A program made the translations under genes and the position numbers. From assembly GCF_018977255.1 (NCBI RefSeq), contig NW_024705460.1:1-42660 (forward strand): a DNA stretch of 42,660 nucleotides, read 5' to 3'. Origin of the DNA: Callorhinchus milii. Taxonomy: Eukaryota. Below the pieces are notes generated by a model that did no database searches, had not been told where the DNA came from, and saw nothing but the letters and a program-made list of their open reading frames with translations. Shown here one piece after another: positions 22,188-35,327 of this stretch. Positions within the stretch are counted from its first letter, which is position 1, and every line of letters starts with the position of its first letter.

Positions 22188-23807
22188 ACACACAGAGATG
22201 CACACAGACGCGCACACACAGATGTGTATACATACACAGACGTACGCACGCAGCCGCACCCATACAGACGCACGGACGCAGACGCAGGCCACTTCCACTG
22301 CGGGCCACGGATACGCGCGAGAACGACGAACAGCAGCCACAGTATCCCTCGTCGTCCTACTCTCTGCACGCCCATCAGACAGCACTGCACCACCACCCAC
22401 GCACGACTTCCACTGTGGTCGCAGACTCAACGGCAATCGACCCTGACCCTGTTCAGCTATTCCAACAGGGACGAACGAGGGTGGTAGACGCGGGGTCAAG
22501 CCAATGACCAATCCACGATCCGAGCAACTGAGCGAGCCACCAAGCCACTGAGCGAGCCACTGAGCGAACCGCCCCCCAGAGTGGTCAAAATGTCCATGGT
22601 CACCCCGTTCATTTTCGCACACGCGACAAACCTCGTGGTTGCGAGTCTCGCGCGGCAGCTCCAATAAAAAATGAACCCAACAGCCATGGCCCGTAGCCCA
22701 ACACTGAGTACGCGCACCTTGAGACTACAGCGACATGAGCGTTTGCAAACATCACACCACCGAGCGCACAGCTGTTTCACCGGGCAGGCACGCACGTGGG
22801 CATGGACAGGGGTACGCACGTGGACACGGACGTCCCTACAGAGCCAGGAGAAGAGCAGAGTTCACACTTTACATAACGCGCGAACACGCGCGCACGTCTA
22901 ACAAAGCCCTAGGTCAGTATACGACTCCACATGGGTTCATCTTCCTACGTGGGATTTGAGTCACTACTTATTATTATCATTATGAGAGTGTTTATGATGA
23001 TTATTACAAGACTATCAATCACGTCTGTTTCGGTTTCTGCCGCGTGCCTCTCGTTGCGTTCATCTTTTCCCGCGATGTAACGCGACAACGTCCCCATGTC
23101 CGTCCTCGGCGTCTTGCGACGTCGAGCAAAATAAACGCGGGTACTCGCTAGCTCGAGACAAAGGAAAAGAGCGGACCGCGGGGGGGGGGGGTCTAAGACT
23201 AGAAGGGGGGCAGCCGAGTTCTACAGCTAGGGGGAGGGGGGGCAGTTTACCTACAAATATCTACAACTTCCATTCCCAAAAAACAAACAAACATCAAACA
23301 TCACACGACAGCTCCCGTCTCGTGAACAGCATATATTAAATATCGTCATCTATAATAGATAATACATCTCCCTAAGCTCGCGGAACGTGTTGGTTGTGGT
23401 TGGGCAGGCGACGGGGGCCGAGTGGGTGGGGGGAGCTCCTGATGCCACCCGATGGTCTTGGGGGGGGGGAGGCGGGGGATAAAAGTGAAGGGGGCCGGGA
23501 GTGGTGGCGGTGGAGGTCGTACATCAGCGCGACTCGTGCCGGTGTGCCGCTGACCCTCTGGCCATTAACAAACACGGCCTTTGCACCCCCCCCTCCGATC
23601 GACTGCGAGTAATTAACGATTCCTACGCCACCTTCACCTCCCGCCTTCCATTTCTCATCCCCTCCGCCTCCACAGTCACCCCGGCTCCCGCTCTGCAGGT
23701 GGATTCGTTTCGTTTAAAAAATAAATACGTTTTAATTGGCCCGGGTAAAATATTCAATCCTTCTTGCTTTCTTTCTCCTCTCTCTCCACCCTCTTCGTTC
23801 CGTCGCC

Positions 23808-23954
23808 TCAGACGAGCGACTCCATGCTCTCGGCGGGGTCCGGTTCGTCGGGCAGGACGGCTGCTCCATTTCGGTCCGGTGCGGCACATCCGTTCCGGGT
23901 TTCCCTGCTCGCCACCAGGCTCAGCACAGCCTTGTAGAGGAACTGGTACTGCTC
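23808..23954 (-). CDS. PTPRG: Second (distal) copy of the PTPRG-like terminal coding exon
   Basis: Same acceptor, identical translation and same stop as 31561-31707, at an offset of 7753 bp. Whether it is used, or even real rather than an assembly duplicate, is unknown. Confidence 0.65.
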   Translation of the reverse strand, partial: EQYQFLYKAVLSLVASRETRNGCAAPDRNGAAVLPDEPDPAESMESLV

Positions 23955-26634
23955 CTGTGCAACGGCAGACAAAGACAAAGATCCCACCGCGTGTAATCTT
24001 AACAGACTGTTGAAACGAGTGCTGTCAGCGAGCAGCACCTATTACAGCCGGTCCTCCGTACGAGCGGACGTGTGGCCAGCACCCCACGCCCGGCCGCCTT
24101 CGTCTCCCAGTGGCGATGTTCACACACCACACCGGGTACTGCGTTTTTGTTCACCCCAATTCTCTTGTGCCGTCACTACACGAAACGCAAGCGGCCGTTG
24201 TCAGTGGCACGTTGACGTCATATGGGTGGAGCGGTGGCGCAGGGGTTAGCGCACTGTGCGATAACAATCGTGGTGGCTCGAGTTTGATTCCCGGCCATGA
24301 CTGTCACCAGTGGCGAGCGGAATCACAACCGGTCCTGTACTTCCTCCCCCATACACCCCTCGCTACGACCCTCACCACCACTTCACCAAACCCACACTGA
24401 CCAGCATGGTGAAGTATGGTCAAACAAACTCCACAACCGTCGCGGTGTGGGGAAAAAGACGTTCATCCAGCAGTGGATTGACAAAGGGTTCTAAATAATA
24501 ACAACGATTAATTGTATATGGTAGGCCGACGTTTTGGCGAATGGTCATAAGTGAGAGAGAGAGAGGACAGAGAGATGTTGAGTATAATTTGGAGATCGCA
24601 CGTTACAATGGGACCCTGAGAAAACTGGGACACTGGATTAAAGTTGACCAATTACGTTTACAATCGACAAATCAGCAGCTTGTCTATGAATGTAACATCA
24701 AACAGACCCTCAGAAAGTCAACAAATATGCAGTGTTTATGAACCGAGTTTAAGCAAAATAAAAAAATTTGTAAATGCATTATGGAGAAACAAAACGATAC
24801 TGGTTTAGTGTCCATTATTATTTTGTACAGCTTCATCCAGCAGTGGACAGATCATGACTGATAATGATGGATGAAGACAGTGTCAAGAGAGGCTATTGCA
24901 TTTAGACACTTCAAGAATACCAAATATTGTTGTTGAATTATTTGTAGGTAAAAGCCACACCTGGCTGCAACTCAAACAACCTCCAAAATGCCACCAAACC
25001 AATCCCTATGCCACACTCTCTCCACTCTAAAAGAAGGGCCATTGCCCGAAACGTCCGCTTATGTATCATGACTACTACGGCTACTACACACGAAATCCGT
25101 TACACGAGGCGGTGCTAACGACGCGCCTCGGCGCCGCCGGCTCCACTCTCAAAAGCGACGACGGCATCGTCCGAGTGGCTTCGAGCGGCCACGGCGCGGG
25201 TGACGCAGCGCGCGCGCGCGAGAGACGGAGCGAGCACGCGTGGGGTTAAGGCGCGCCGACGAGCGCCAATCAACTCCGGCGGGAGGTCGACGGGGCCCCC
25301 AACCCCCTCCCCCCGTGGTATTTTAGTCGCCTGCTGGACGAGACGAAGCCCCCCCCCTCCTCCCCCTCACAACCCCCGGATTAAAAGGGACATTGCGCAG
25401 GAGTGGCACTGCCACACCGTCGCATGTCGCCTCCATGTCACTGCTGTGCCACTGCGGGGGAAGGTTGCGCCGGCGGTGTGGGGAGGAGCGCTGCTGCCGC
25501 CATCTGCGGATTGCTCTTTTTTTTCGAAGGCAATGCGTAAAAAAAAACGAAATAACGTTTTCTCCCAGCCGGGGAGGAGGGAGGGGGGTGAAGGTTAATA
25601 ACTTGCCGATTACAGTTATGAGAAAGCGAAATAAAAATTGGCTCGTCAAATTTAAAAGGTATTGCTTCGCTGCCTTTATTTACGGGGCCGCTGCCACATC
25701 AGATGTGGGGACACGGGAACAGAAAAATATATATTTTTTTCGCAGGAGTGAAGGGAGCTGGGGGGTTCTCTGTGGGGCCCACGTGGCAGTGGTTCCCGAG
25801 GCCGCCGAGTCGTGCGGCCGCCACCTCCCGCAGGTGACCCGGCTTCGTTTCGAGCGACCGAGAGACAACTGCGGCCCCACCGCCACCACCAACCGCAAGC
25901 GATGGCACCACCGACTGACAAGCAGGGGGGTGGCGAACTCAGTGATGGGCGAGGGCTGCATGAGGGGGGTGGGGGGGGTCCGGTCCGGGGCAGAGCCGAC
26001 GTGATGCTGCAGATATTGAGCAGGAATAAAGCAGAATGGTTCGCGGGGAGCAGCTGTAGTCGAGGGGACGGGACACGTGGAGGCTGAGTGTAGCCGTGTG
26101 GAGCTGTAGGCCAAGGGACACGAGGAGGCTGAGTGTAGCTGTGTGTAAGAGCTGTAGCCGAGGCGATAAGAAATGGATAGGCTTAGTTTAACATGCGAAC
26201 AATGCGGGTTGAAGTGTCGGTCTCAGGATACAGGGTACCTTTTATATCCACTCGGTCCCTCCGTGAGGCTCGAGAGATGCGATTTTAACGGTAACAATTG
26301 TGCACTTATTTTACTGTTAACATCAAGTCAATTGGCTCTGACCTGTCCACTGGGTGATAGGATTAAACCCCCTCCCGCTCCTCGCTAACCAAAGTCCGAT
26401 AAGTATGAGCCCCGAAATCCCCCCATACCTCCCACCCCCTTACCATGTGGGTCACGTGGCATGTATGTACTCCTCGCAGCTGAAGATCACACTTGGTGAT
26501 GATGATAGTGACGGGACAGTGACACAGCATGTGAGTGCCTCACAATGCGAGTCTTCAATCAGTGCGCGCTACCTGCTGCGGGGCACGCGGTCCCGACACG
26601 GGGCCACTCGCAACAACAACAAAAACATGGGAAC

Positions 26635-29600
26635 AAAAAAATGAAAGAAGCTTGGAGAGGTGCATGCTGGGAATTCCACCGAGAGACGGAACGAAGAACG
26701 CGCGGACTTCAGATACGCGCGCAGGTTCATGGAATCGTTCAAACTGTGGAGCAGCGTGAGCCGGTTTGGGCAGCGCACGTCATGGCTCGAAGGACGACGG
26801 TCGATGGTCAAGGGTAGTTAAGGAGTGGCAACGCGTCCAAGAGGTACGACCACCGAGGGAGATGGAGCGATGGAATCAGCTCGCGTACCGATGCTGGGTG
26901 GATTGTCACATCGCGCCAGGATTGTGAGACATGGCGACGGCCTGGGCAGGCCTTAATCCAGCAGTGGATTGATCACCGCCGATGATGAAGATGATGAAGC
27001 CAGTGCTGGTGCTGCTGAGGCCAGTTCATCTGGCAGGGGGGCGGGGTGGTGGCGCTTCGCTCACCTCGGCTCACCCTCCACTCACCCCGTCTCTCGACCA
27101 ATCAGGGACACACACAACGGTCAACAGGTCGCGCACAAGTGGAGGGCGGCTGCTCCCGAGAGACGCGAGCCGCCGAGAGGCTCCGGCTAATCGCCGCTTC
27201 GCGCACTCGCGGCACGGCGCTTCAATGGCGGCCCCCGGCGCCTCGTTTGCAAAACAAGGGCAGAGAAACACCCCCCACCGTGTCGCTCCGCAGACTGTTG
27301 GGGCAAGTGCTGTGACGGGGCGTCTTTGAAGGACGACGCACGTCGCGCGAAGAGGTTGGTTTTGTGTTACAGAGACCTCGCCCGCCCGCCCGCCCGCCTG
27401 TCTCCCGCAGTGATGATTTTGACACACCGCACCGGGTACTCGTTTTAGGTTGAGGCGACCTAGGGGAAGCCCATGAGCGGTTCAGATAATCGTTAATGGT
27501 GAGTGGGATCGTAGCCCAGCGCGCTAACCACTGCGACACCGCTCCCTCCCAATCCCTCGAAGACAAAGATCCCCCGTGTAGCCTTAACAGACTGTAGGGG
27601 CAAGTGCTGCTGGCGAGTAGCACCTATGAAGACCGGAACGGCACACGGGCCGGGGGGATAACCAACACCACACTCGGCCGCCTTTGTCTCCCTTGTGGCG
27701 ATGTTTTAAACATTGCACCATTTAAGATGAATCAACCTACGGTAAGTGCCCTGAACCGTTTCAGATGTATTCATCACGGTGTTAACGTGAGCGGAAATCG
27801 TAGCGCAGTGCGCTAACCACAAGCGCCACCACTCCCTCCCTCCCTCCACACGCACACACTGCACTTGCTGAATTGCTTTAGCGAGCATCGATTTTGGTTG
27901 CCGGCCTTGGAGGATTGTTGCATTCGGTGTTATTGTCGTTTTGCTGGATGTGAGTAGATTAGGAACCACTTAAAGTGGGGCGACCTCATCGACGCGAGCA
28001 CACGCGGTCAGTGGCCGTGCGGTGGCCACGAAGCCTCGGCCACGGCCGCAGGTGGCGAGGGGGGGACTGGGGGGGGGGCTCCTCCTCCTCCTATCGCGGC
28101 GTTAATCACCGCCCCCACCCCCGCCCCACATCTGCCACCAGAGTTCTGGCACAACTACGCGAAATGCCAGTTTGCTTATTGTCATAGATTTTTTTTCCCT
28201 TCACAATTCCCATGGCTGAGCATTTAATGGGACTCTGTGATCACGGAGAGCCAGTTTGGGGGTCCCCCCCCCTTCTTTTAAACATTTATACTGAGCGTGG
28301 GAGGAAATTAAATCGATGGGAAGTTGGGCACCTGGACAGTTCTTTTGAGAAATGACCGAGTTCCGTCGCTCGATTCCATGAAGGGCGAGGGCCCGGCTTA
28401 TGCTCTATGCATGTTGTACGCATGTTGTACGCATGTTGTACGCATGTTGAACTTCTCTCGCACCGTACGTATCCAACCGCGATAATCGGAGGTCCGGGGG
28501 AAGGACAACTAAACACAAACATCAGTTATAAAGAAATGAGTTTGTCAATCTAGATGATTTAAAAGTGCATAGCTCCAGTGGCTTCCTAATATCGGAGGGA
28601 AGAGCGTTCCAGACGGCCGCAGAAGCGCTTCTGAAAGTGCGCAATGCGGTGACCGCCGCCGTCTTTGTTCGATGGCTCACCAAAATCCGCTGCTGCGAGG
28701 ATGACCGGACTTCGGTGATGGTTCTTGCCCCTTGACGAAATCAACGAGGTATTGTGGTGCATTTGTGGCAAGCACTTTGTGTTGTATGAGTGCATCCTCC
28801 ATCTATTCCGTTCTGGGTCTGTGGCCTGTTTATTAATGCAACATTCCATAGCTGTTCTACGGAAATCACTTCATAGCTGTTCTACGGAAATCACTTCTTT
28901 GCTATGCACTTTAGACAAACACAGCCGACCTGAATTGAATGCTTTAGCAAAATAGAAAACAGATTATTATAGAGAGGGAAAAAAATCAAACGAAATCTGA
29001 TTTTAAAAGAACGCTGCACGGCCGTGGCGTGCGGGGGACATCCGGGAGATGCCGCCTACCCCTCCTCTCCTCCTCCTACTCCTCGAACATTCCACCGTGG
29101 CGTGATATGAACGGAGTGACCGTTTTAAGCAAATTCGCACGCGCACAACAATAATTAACACTGCGCCCCGGTCGAGAGCGAGCTAATCCCAATTAAAAGT
29201 AAAGAGCACGTGTCGATGAGGCTCTGATTGTAAACCAATCAAATTGCATACACGTCAATCTAGTGATGTATTTCACGCGCATCCAGAGAATCGATCCAGT
29301 TCTCATCTCCACTCCAACCCTCTGGCTCCGCGCCACATCAATGCGGCCTCGCCATGTACACGAACGCATGAGCACACGTGCGCATGGGCACACATGCGCG
29401 TGGGCACACTAACACAAATACGATCCCTGCCTCCTCCCACCGGATAGCCTTATCAGACTGTTGGGGCAAGTGCTGTTCCCGAGCACCTATAAATACACAC
29501 ACGTATCCACGCACACGCCTACAGACACACACAAATGTAGACATACACGCGCACACATATATATATAAAGATATAAATACATGTGCACGCAGACGAGGAC

Positions 29601-31894
29601 ACGCACACACCTACAAATACACACAGACGTAGACGTACACAAATAACCCCCCCCCCCCCCATATAGCCTGTACAGACTGTTGGGGCAAATGCTTTTAGCG
29701 AGCGCCTATGAAGGTCGGCACGGCACACGACGACGACCTCCTCATGTGCGTCCGGAGGCCTTCGATTGCCCAGCGCTGATGTTTACAACACCGCTGTACT
29801 CATTTCAGGCTCTGTCGACCTAGGGGAGACCCAGGACCAGTTCAGAAATTCGTCACTGATGTTAGCTGCGATGGGCGAGAATCGAACTAGGTTCGGCAGG
29901 TTTGTAGCGTGGCGCGCTAACCACACCGCTCCCCACACACAGAGATGCACACAGACGCGCACACACAGATGTGTATACATACACAGACGTACGCACGCAG
30001 CCGCACCCATACAGACGCACGGACGCAGACGCAGGCCACTTCCACTGCGGGACACGGATACGCGCGAGAACGACGAACAGCAGCCACAGTATCCCTCGTC
30101 GTCCTACTCTCTGCACGCCCCATCAGACAGCACTGCACCACCACCCACGCACGACTTCCACTGTGGTCGCAGACTCAACGGCAATCGACCCTGACCCTGT
30201 TCAGCTATTCCAACAGGGACGAACGAGGGTGGTAGACGCGGGGTCAAGCCAATGACCAATCCACGATCCGAGCAACTGAGCGAGCCACCAAGCCACTGAG
30301 CGAGCCACTGAGCGAACCGCCCCCCAGAGTGGTCAAAATGTCCATGGTCACCCCGTTTCATTTTCGCACACGCGACAAACCTCGTGTGTGCGAGTCTCGC
30401 GGGCAGCTCCAATAAAAAATGAACCCAACAGCCATGGCCCGTAGCCCAACACTGAGTACGCGCACCTTGAGACTACAGCGACATGGAGCGTTTGCAAACA
30501 TCACACCACCGAGCGCACAGCTGTTTCACCGGGCAGGCACGCACGTGGGCATGGACAGGGGTACGCACGTGGACACGGACGTCCCTACAGAGCCAGGAGA
30601 AGAGCAGAGTTCACACTTTACATAACGCGCGAACACGCGCGCACGTCTAACAAAGCCCTAGGTCAGTATACGACTCCACATGGGTTCATCTTCCTACGTG
30701 GGATTTGAGTCACTACTTATTATTATCATTATGAGAGTGTTTATGATGATTATTACAAGACTATCAATCACGTCTGTTTCGGTTTCTGCCGCGTGCCTCT
30801 CGTTGCGTTCATCTTTTCCCGCGATGTAACGCGACAACGTCCCCATGTCCGTCCTCGGCGTCTTGCGACGTCGAGCAAAATAAACGCGGGTACTCGCTAG
30901 CTCGAGACAAAGGAAAAGAGCGGACCGCGGGGGGGGGGGGTCTAAGACTAGAAGGGGGGCAGCCGAGTTCTACAGCTAGGGGGAGGGGGGGGCAGTTTAC
31001 CTACAAATATCTACAACTTCCATTCCCAAAAAACAAACAAACATCAAACATCACACGACAGCTCCCGTCTCGTGAACAGCATATATTAAATATCGTCATC
31101 TATAATAGATAATACATCTCCCTAAGCTCGCGGAACGTGTTGGTTGTGGTTGGGCAGGCGACGGGGGCCGAGTGGGTGGGGGGAGCTCCTGATGCCACCC
31201 CGATGGTCTTGGGGGGGGGGAGGCGGGGGATAAAAGTGAAGGGGGCCGGGAGTGGTGGCGGTGGAGGTCGTACATCAGCGCGACTCGTGCCGGTGTGCCG
31301 CTGACCCTCTGGCCATTAACAAACACGGCCTTTGCACCCCCCCCTCCGATCGACTGCGAGTAATTAACGATTCCTACGCCACCTTCACCTCCCGCCTTCC
31401 ATTTCTCATCCCCTCCGCCTCCACAGTCACCCCGGCTCCCCGCTCTGCAGGTGGATTCGTTTCGTTTAAAAAATAAATACGTTTTTAATTGGCCCGGGTA
31501 AAATATTCAATCCTTCTTGCTTTCTTTCTCCTCTCTCTCCACCCTCTTCGTTCCGTCGCCTCAGACGAGCGACTCCATGCTCTCGGCGGGGTCCGGTTCG
31601 TCGGGCAGGACGGCTGCTCCATTTCGGTCCGGTGCGGCACATCCGTTCCGGGTTTCCCTGCTCGCCACCAGGCTCAGCACAGCCTTGTAGAGGAACTGGT
31701 ACTGCTCCTGTGCAACGGCAGACAAAGACAAAGATCCCACCGCGTGTAATCTTAACAGACTGTTGAAACGAGTGCTGTCAGCGAGCAGCACCTATTACAG
31801 CCGGTCCTCCGTACGAGCGGACGTGTGGCCAGCACCCCACGCCCGGCCGCCTTCGTCTCCCAGTGGCGATGTTCACACACCACACCGGGTACTG
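26635..31894 (+). repeat. Segmental duplication, copy 2 (~5.26 kb)
   Basis: Near-identical to 18901-24141. Here the SINE at the right edge continues intact past the breakpoint, whereas it is cut in copy 1. Confidence 0.95.
31561..31707 (-). CDS. PTPRG: Terminal coding exon of the PTPRG-like gene (proximal copy), ending in PDZ-binding motif ESLV
   Basis: Acceptor ..tctttgtctgccgttgcacag|GAG. Encodes [48 protein letters not shown], in frame (phase 0) with exon 41312-41447. [10 protein letters not shown] matches the PTPRG C-terminus better than PTPRZ1, but 1:1 orthology is not proven. Confidence 0.9.
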   Translation of the reverse strand, partial: EQYQFLYKAVLSLVASRETRNGCAAPDRNGAAVLPDEPDPAESMESLV

Positions 31895-32029
31895 ATTTGA
31901 GGCTGAGTCGACCTAGAGGGAGGCCCAGCACCGGTTAAAAAAATCGTCACCGGTGTTGACCGTGAGCGGGATTCGAGCTCGAGTCGCCTAATTGGCGGCG
32001 CAGGCACGTTAATCGCTGCGCCACCGCTC
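31721..32029 (-). mobile_element. Family S SINE abutting the terminal-exon acceptor (truncated twin at 23968-24141)
   Basis: Tail gacaaagacaaagatccc, body ggctgagtcgacctag, head gagcgggattcgagc. Confidence 0.78.
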
Positions 32030-34556
32030 ACACGTTTCCACGCACAGACACACACTACGCACGCAAGCGTGTCGTTTTGTAATTCCTCCAACATGCACCT
32101 CGCCCATGTACGTGAACGCATCTCTGCGTGGTTCATAAAGCCGGTGCGCTTCTCGTTTTCTGTCAGATTAGAGATCGCGGGGCATTTTTCACGGCTTCTA
32201 AGAGGAGGCATGGCCGCATGGAACGCACCGCGCGCATCCGCCGCAAGATGTAATTGAATGCACGATGGAGCCGCGATGCCGCAAGCCTAAGAAATCGGGT
32301 CCATTAAGCTAAAATGTCTTCTCGTTTTGCACGAAATTGCAGCTCTGGAGGCTCGTTTTAAGTGGGTCTACAAGCCCCTAACGAGCCACGCGAAGGCGCC
32401 CCCCCGCAATCTGCCATCCGACGCGAAATTGGACTTGCACGCCAGCTCGCTGGCATTATGAACGGGGCCGCCGACAAAAAAAAAAGCGCGTCAATTTCAG
32501 CTAGCCGCTCATTTATTTTTCGTCGTTAACCACTCGTCGTCCGCGCCACCATAGAAAAAAGCAGGCGTGCTCCGTGCAACCCGCGCGGAGCTGTGGGGGT
32601 GGCCTTTTCGGAGCGATGAGTGCCGTGATCTGGGTGGAGGGGGGAAGTGGGGGGTGGCTGAGCACCGTCTCAATAATTTAACGCCAGTGACGCTGACGAA
32701 CGAACGGGGGGGTCTCTGTGGTTGTCCATTTCTGCAGCGAAGGGCCCGCTCGAGGTGCGAGAGATTTGGGTGCCGAGCAATTAAGCGGCACGGAAGTGGC
32801 CCGGATGCGTGTTGAACTTCTTTCGCACCGTACGTAGCCAACCGTGCTAATCGGAAGTGTGGGAAAAGGACAACAACGGCCTGGTTGTGCGGGGGTCACA
32901 GCACCGAGCCGCCACCACCGCGAGGCCGGGTAATAAATCTGGATTTCAGCCGCCCAGCCACACAGAGATTAAACCGGGTCCTCGAGCGTAGCGAGCAGAC
33001 GGTCTCAGCCGGGCCACAAATGACTCGCTCACAGAGAGGTCCATAGACTCGCCTGGCGACCCATAGAATGATATCGAGATCCGTGGATGTAACGCGGATG
33101 ACCGATGATAGCCTCACGGAGGCCGAGTCGGGATCAGAACCTGGGTGCTCGCCATTGCAGCGAGGCAGTGGGCCTCAGCCCGGTCGCCGGCGGCCGCGCA
33201 AGAATGCCCGGAAGTAAAATGTTGCCCTTCACGTAATTTATCAGCATTCCAGCTGCAAGAATTCAAAACATCAGTGCGACAATGTGCCATGATTGCGTGG
33301 CGCATGAAAAGTTTAACCGACGTTCGTCATGGTTGGCAACGTACGTTCTTCAGTCACACCGTGTGGCCTTGAACGAACTAAAAATATATAATCGGTTAAC
33401 ATTTTGGGTAATGGCCCCTTCTTCATAACACGTAGAGAAGCCAGAGAGACGGAGTGGACGATAAGAGCTGGAGACTGCATTGGCCACCTCTCTTATGAAG
33501 TCGGCGCAGCTGCCCGAAACGTCTACGATTATTTATATTCCCTTTTAAGACCATGGTGTTCTTGACAAGCACCGTTGAGTTTATGTTTTAACCGTGCGTG
33601 TGCACCACTGCCAACATAGCAGCAGCGGCATTAGCACCAGCGGCATTAGCAGCATCACCAAATAATTTATGACTAAAACGTTCACTTGGTGGCATCTTAA
33701 AAAGCAGTTCTATGATATCCCCTTCCATGGGGCCGTGACGTTCTCCGGAGCAGGGCAATGCCAGCACTGTAGCATGAGTTGTTCGTGAGGATTCTTTACC
33801 TCGTGACGCAAATAAGAAATCCACTTGGAGAGACGAAATTTACTTTAAATAAATTAAATTCCGTTTAGAGAGAAAGACAGAATGTAAACGAGGCAGCGAC
33901 AAAGGGACGCGGTTAGTTTTTTACAAAAAAAACTCAGCGACGCACACTTCTGCTGCGACTGTTGTTGATGCTGCTGCCACTGCCGCCCGCAGAGAATAAA
34001 TGTTTTTGCTTTTTCCCGGGAGCCTCAATGATCGCCGCGGAGAGAGAAGATGACTCAGCACGGCCAGGCAGCTTTTTCTGCCTTTGTCTCCTAAGAAGCC
34101 AGACGGAGAATATTTACTTGTGGACCATGCAGGAGCCACTCGAGACTAATGGTCTCTCTCTCTATAGACTGTGACTACTACTATTTTCATTTTACGAGGT
34201 AAAGCCCACTGAGCAATTTCGAAAAGTGACTAGCATTGGCCAAATTTGCTCATGAAAAAAATAAAAATACCTGCAAAGTACTCATTGGGATCACAGTAGC
34301 AGCATCATCGCCTCCAAACCGAGAAAAATCAAACAGCAGGACCCTCCTGAATGAGAGTATTGAAACTCGGTGAGGCTCTCCTGCATAAACAAGCATAGCA
34401 GTAAAACTAATAATGGTGATAGCGATTCATATAAACAAGGATCAGAAGCATTCCACTTGAACTCGTCAAATTGTCTCGGCGGATCGTGACGGACGGCGAT
34501 GAGTTTAACGAGTTGCAAGCAATATGATCCCTAATAAAGTCGCTGGTGATTACAAC

Positions 34557-35275
34557 TGTAGTGACATCGCGGACGTCATTGTGCGGTGCCGGCCCTAGAG
34601 AGGCATGGCGCGCGATGTACTCACATCACGACATCACGTGCGTAGCGACATCGTGGAAGTCACTGTGTAATGCCAGCTCTTGCGAGGCACGGCGTGCAAT
34701 GTATTGACATCGCGGACACCCCGTACATGTGGGTATAGTACCAGCCCTAGAGGGGCTCGGTGAGCGCTGATAGAGAGCGCTGAGTGGCACCACACTCGGC
34801 GTGCAGTGCTGTCCCCTATAGGAGGGGGTGTGAGGGTGCCATGGCACTCTGGTTGACCCTGGAAGGCACGTGACGGTAAAGTCTACACAGGGGGGCTCCA
34901 AGTGTGGGCTCGGGGTGGTCACATGTCGGGGCGAGATCTTGCTAGAGGATTTGAGAAGGTGGTCGTGGCCAAGGGCGGAGCCAGCCACGACCAGTCAGGA
35001 TATAAACCGGGTCCCCAGAGGGACCGGGGTTCAGCGTTGCTGTTGTTATCCTGGAGATCTACGTTCTACATCTGAGAAGAGTCACCAACACGTGGACCTG
35101 GACTCAAGCCGGGGTCCTGTCCATTGTAGATACTCCCAGATTAATTAGTGTAGTTGGCCTGGTGGTCCACCACCATAGGTTGTTATCTGGTAAGGGGCAG
35201 TCACCCCTTTGTGTTGGTATCAATACATGTGTTACCTCCAAGGAGTACGTCTGTGACTCAGTTGCATCAACTACA
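34557..35275 (+). repeat. 5' LTR (719 bp)
   Basis: Termini TGTAG...CTACA, TATA-like gatataaa near 35000, followed after 2 nt by the PBS. 34831-35260 is homologous to 39181-39629. Confidence 0.88.
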
Positions 35276-35277
35276 AC

Positions 35278-35292
35278 TGGTGTCAGAAGTGG
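35278..35292 (+). promoter_or_regulatory. Primer-binding site complementary to the tRNA-Leu 3' end
   Basis: TGGTGTCAGAAGTGG lies immediately after the LTR and is the complement of ..CCACTTCTGACACCA. Confidence 0.82.
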
Positions 35293-35327
35293 CCAAACGC
35301 TATTTTACTGAGCTAGCCGTTTAGACT

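Larger units (their letters stand above)
18901..24141 (+). repeat. Segmental duplication, copy 1 (~5.24 kb)
   Basis: Near-identical to 26635-31894 from aaaaaaatgaaagaagc to accgggtactg. The ORF track is duplicated over the same span. Confidence 0.95.

Noticed and set aside
18755..23600. Numerous 60-180-aa ORFs here and in the duplicate copy
   Set aside because: They overlap SINEs and CA/GT-rich sequence, and several are frameshifted between the two copies. Such ORFs are expected by chance in GC-rich DNA.
25025..25056. Hammerhead-like ctaaaagaagggccattgcccgaaacgtc
   Set aside because: The CUGANGA core is broken and there is no convincing stem I. At most a decayed relic.
26000..26492. Possible solo LTR in the spacer, with a ~49-bp internal tandem repeat and minus-strand TATAAAA
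   Set aside because: No clear TG...CA termini, TSD or second copy in the window.
31484..31489. ATTAAA on the minus strand ~70 nt after the stop codon as the gene's poly(A) signal
   Set aside because: UTR-like sequence continues well beyond it and other candidates exist (for example AATAAA near 28830). It cannot be assigned without transcript data.
33490..33525. Hammerhead-like cttatgaag...cccgaaacgtc
   Set aside because: The core is mutated and the stems are poorly supported.
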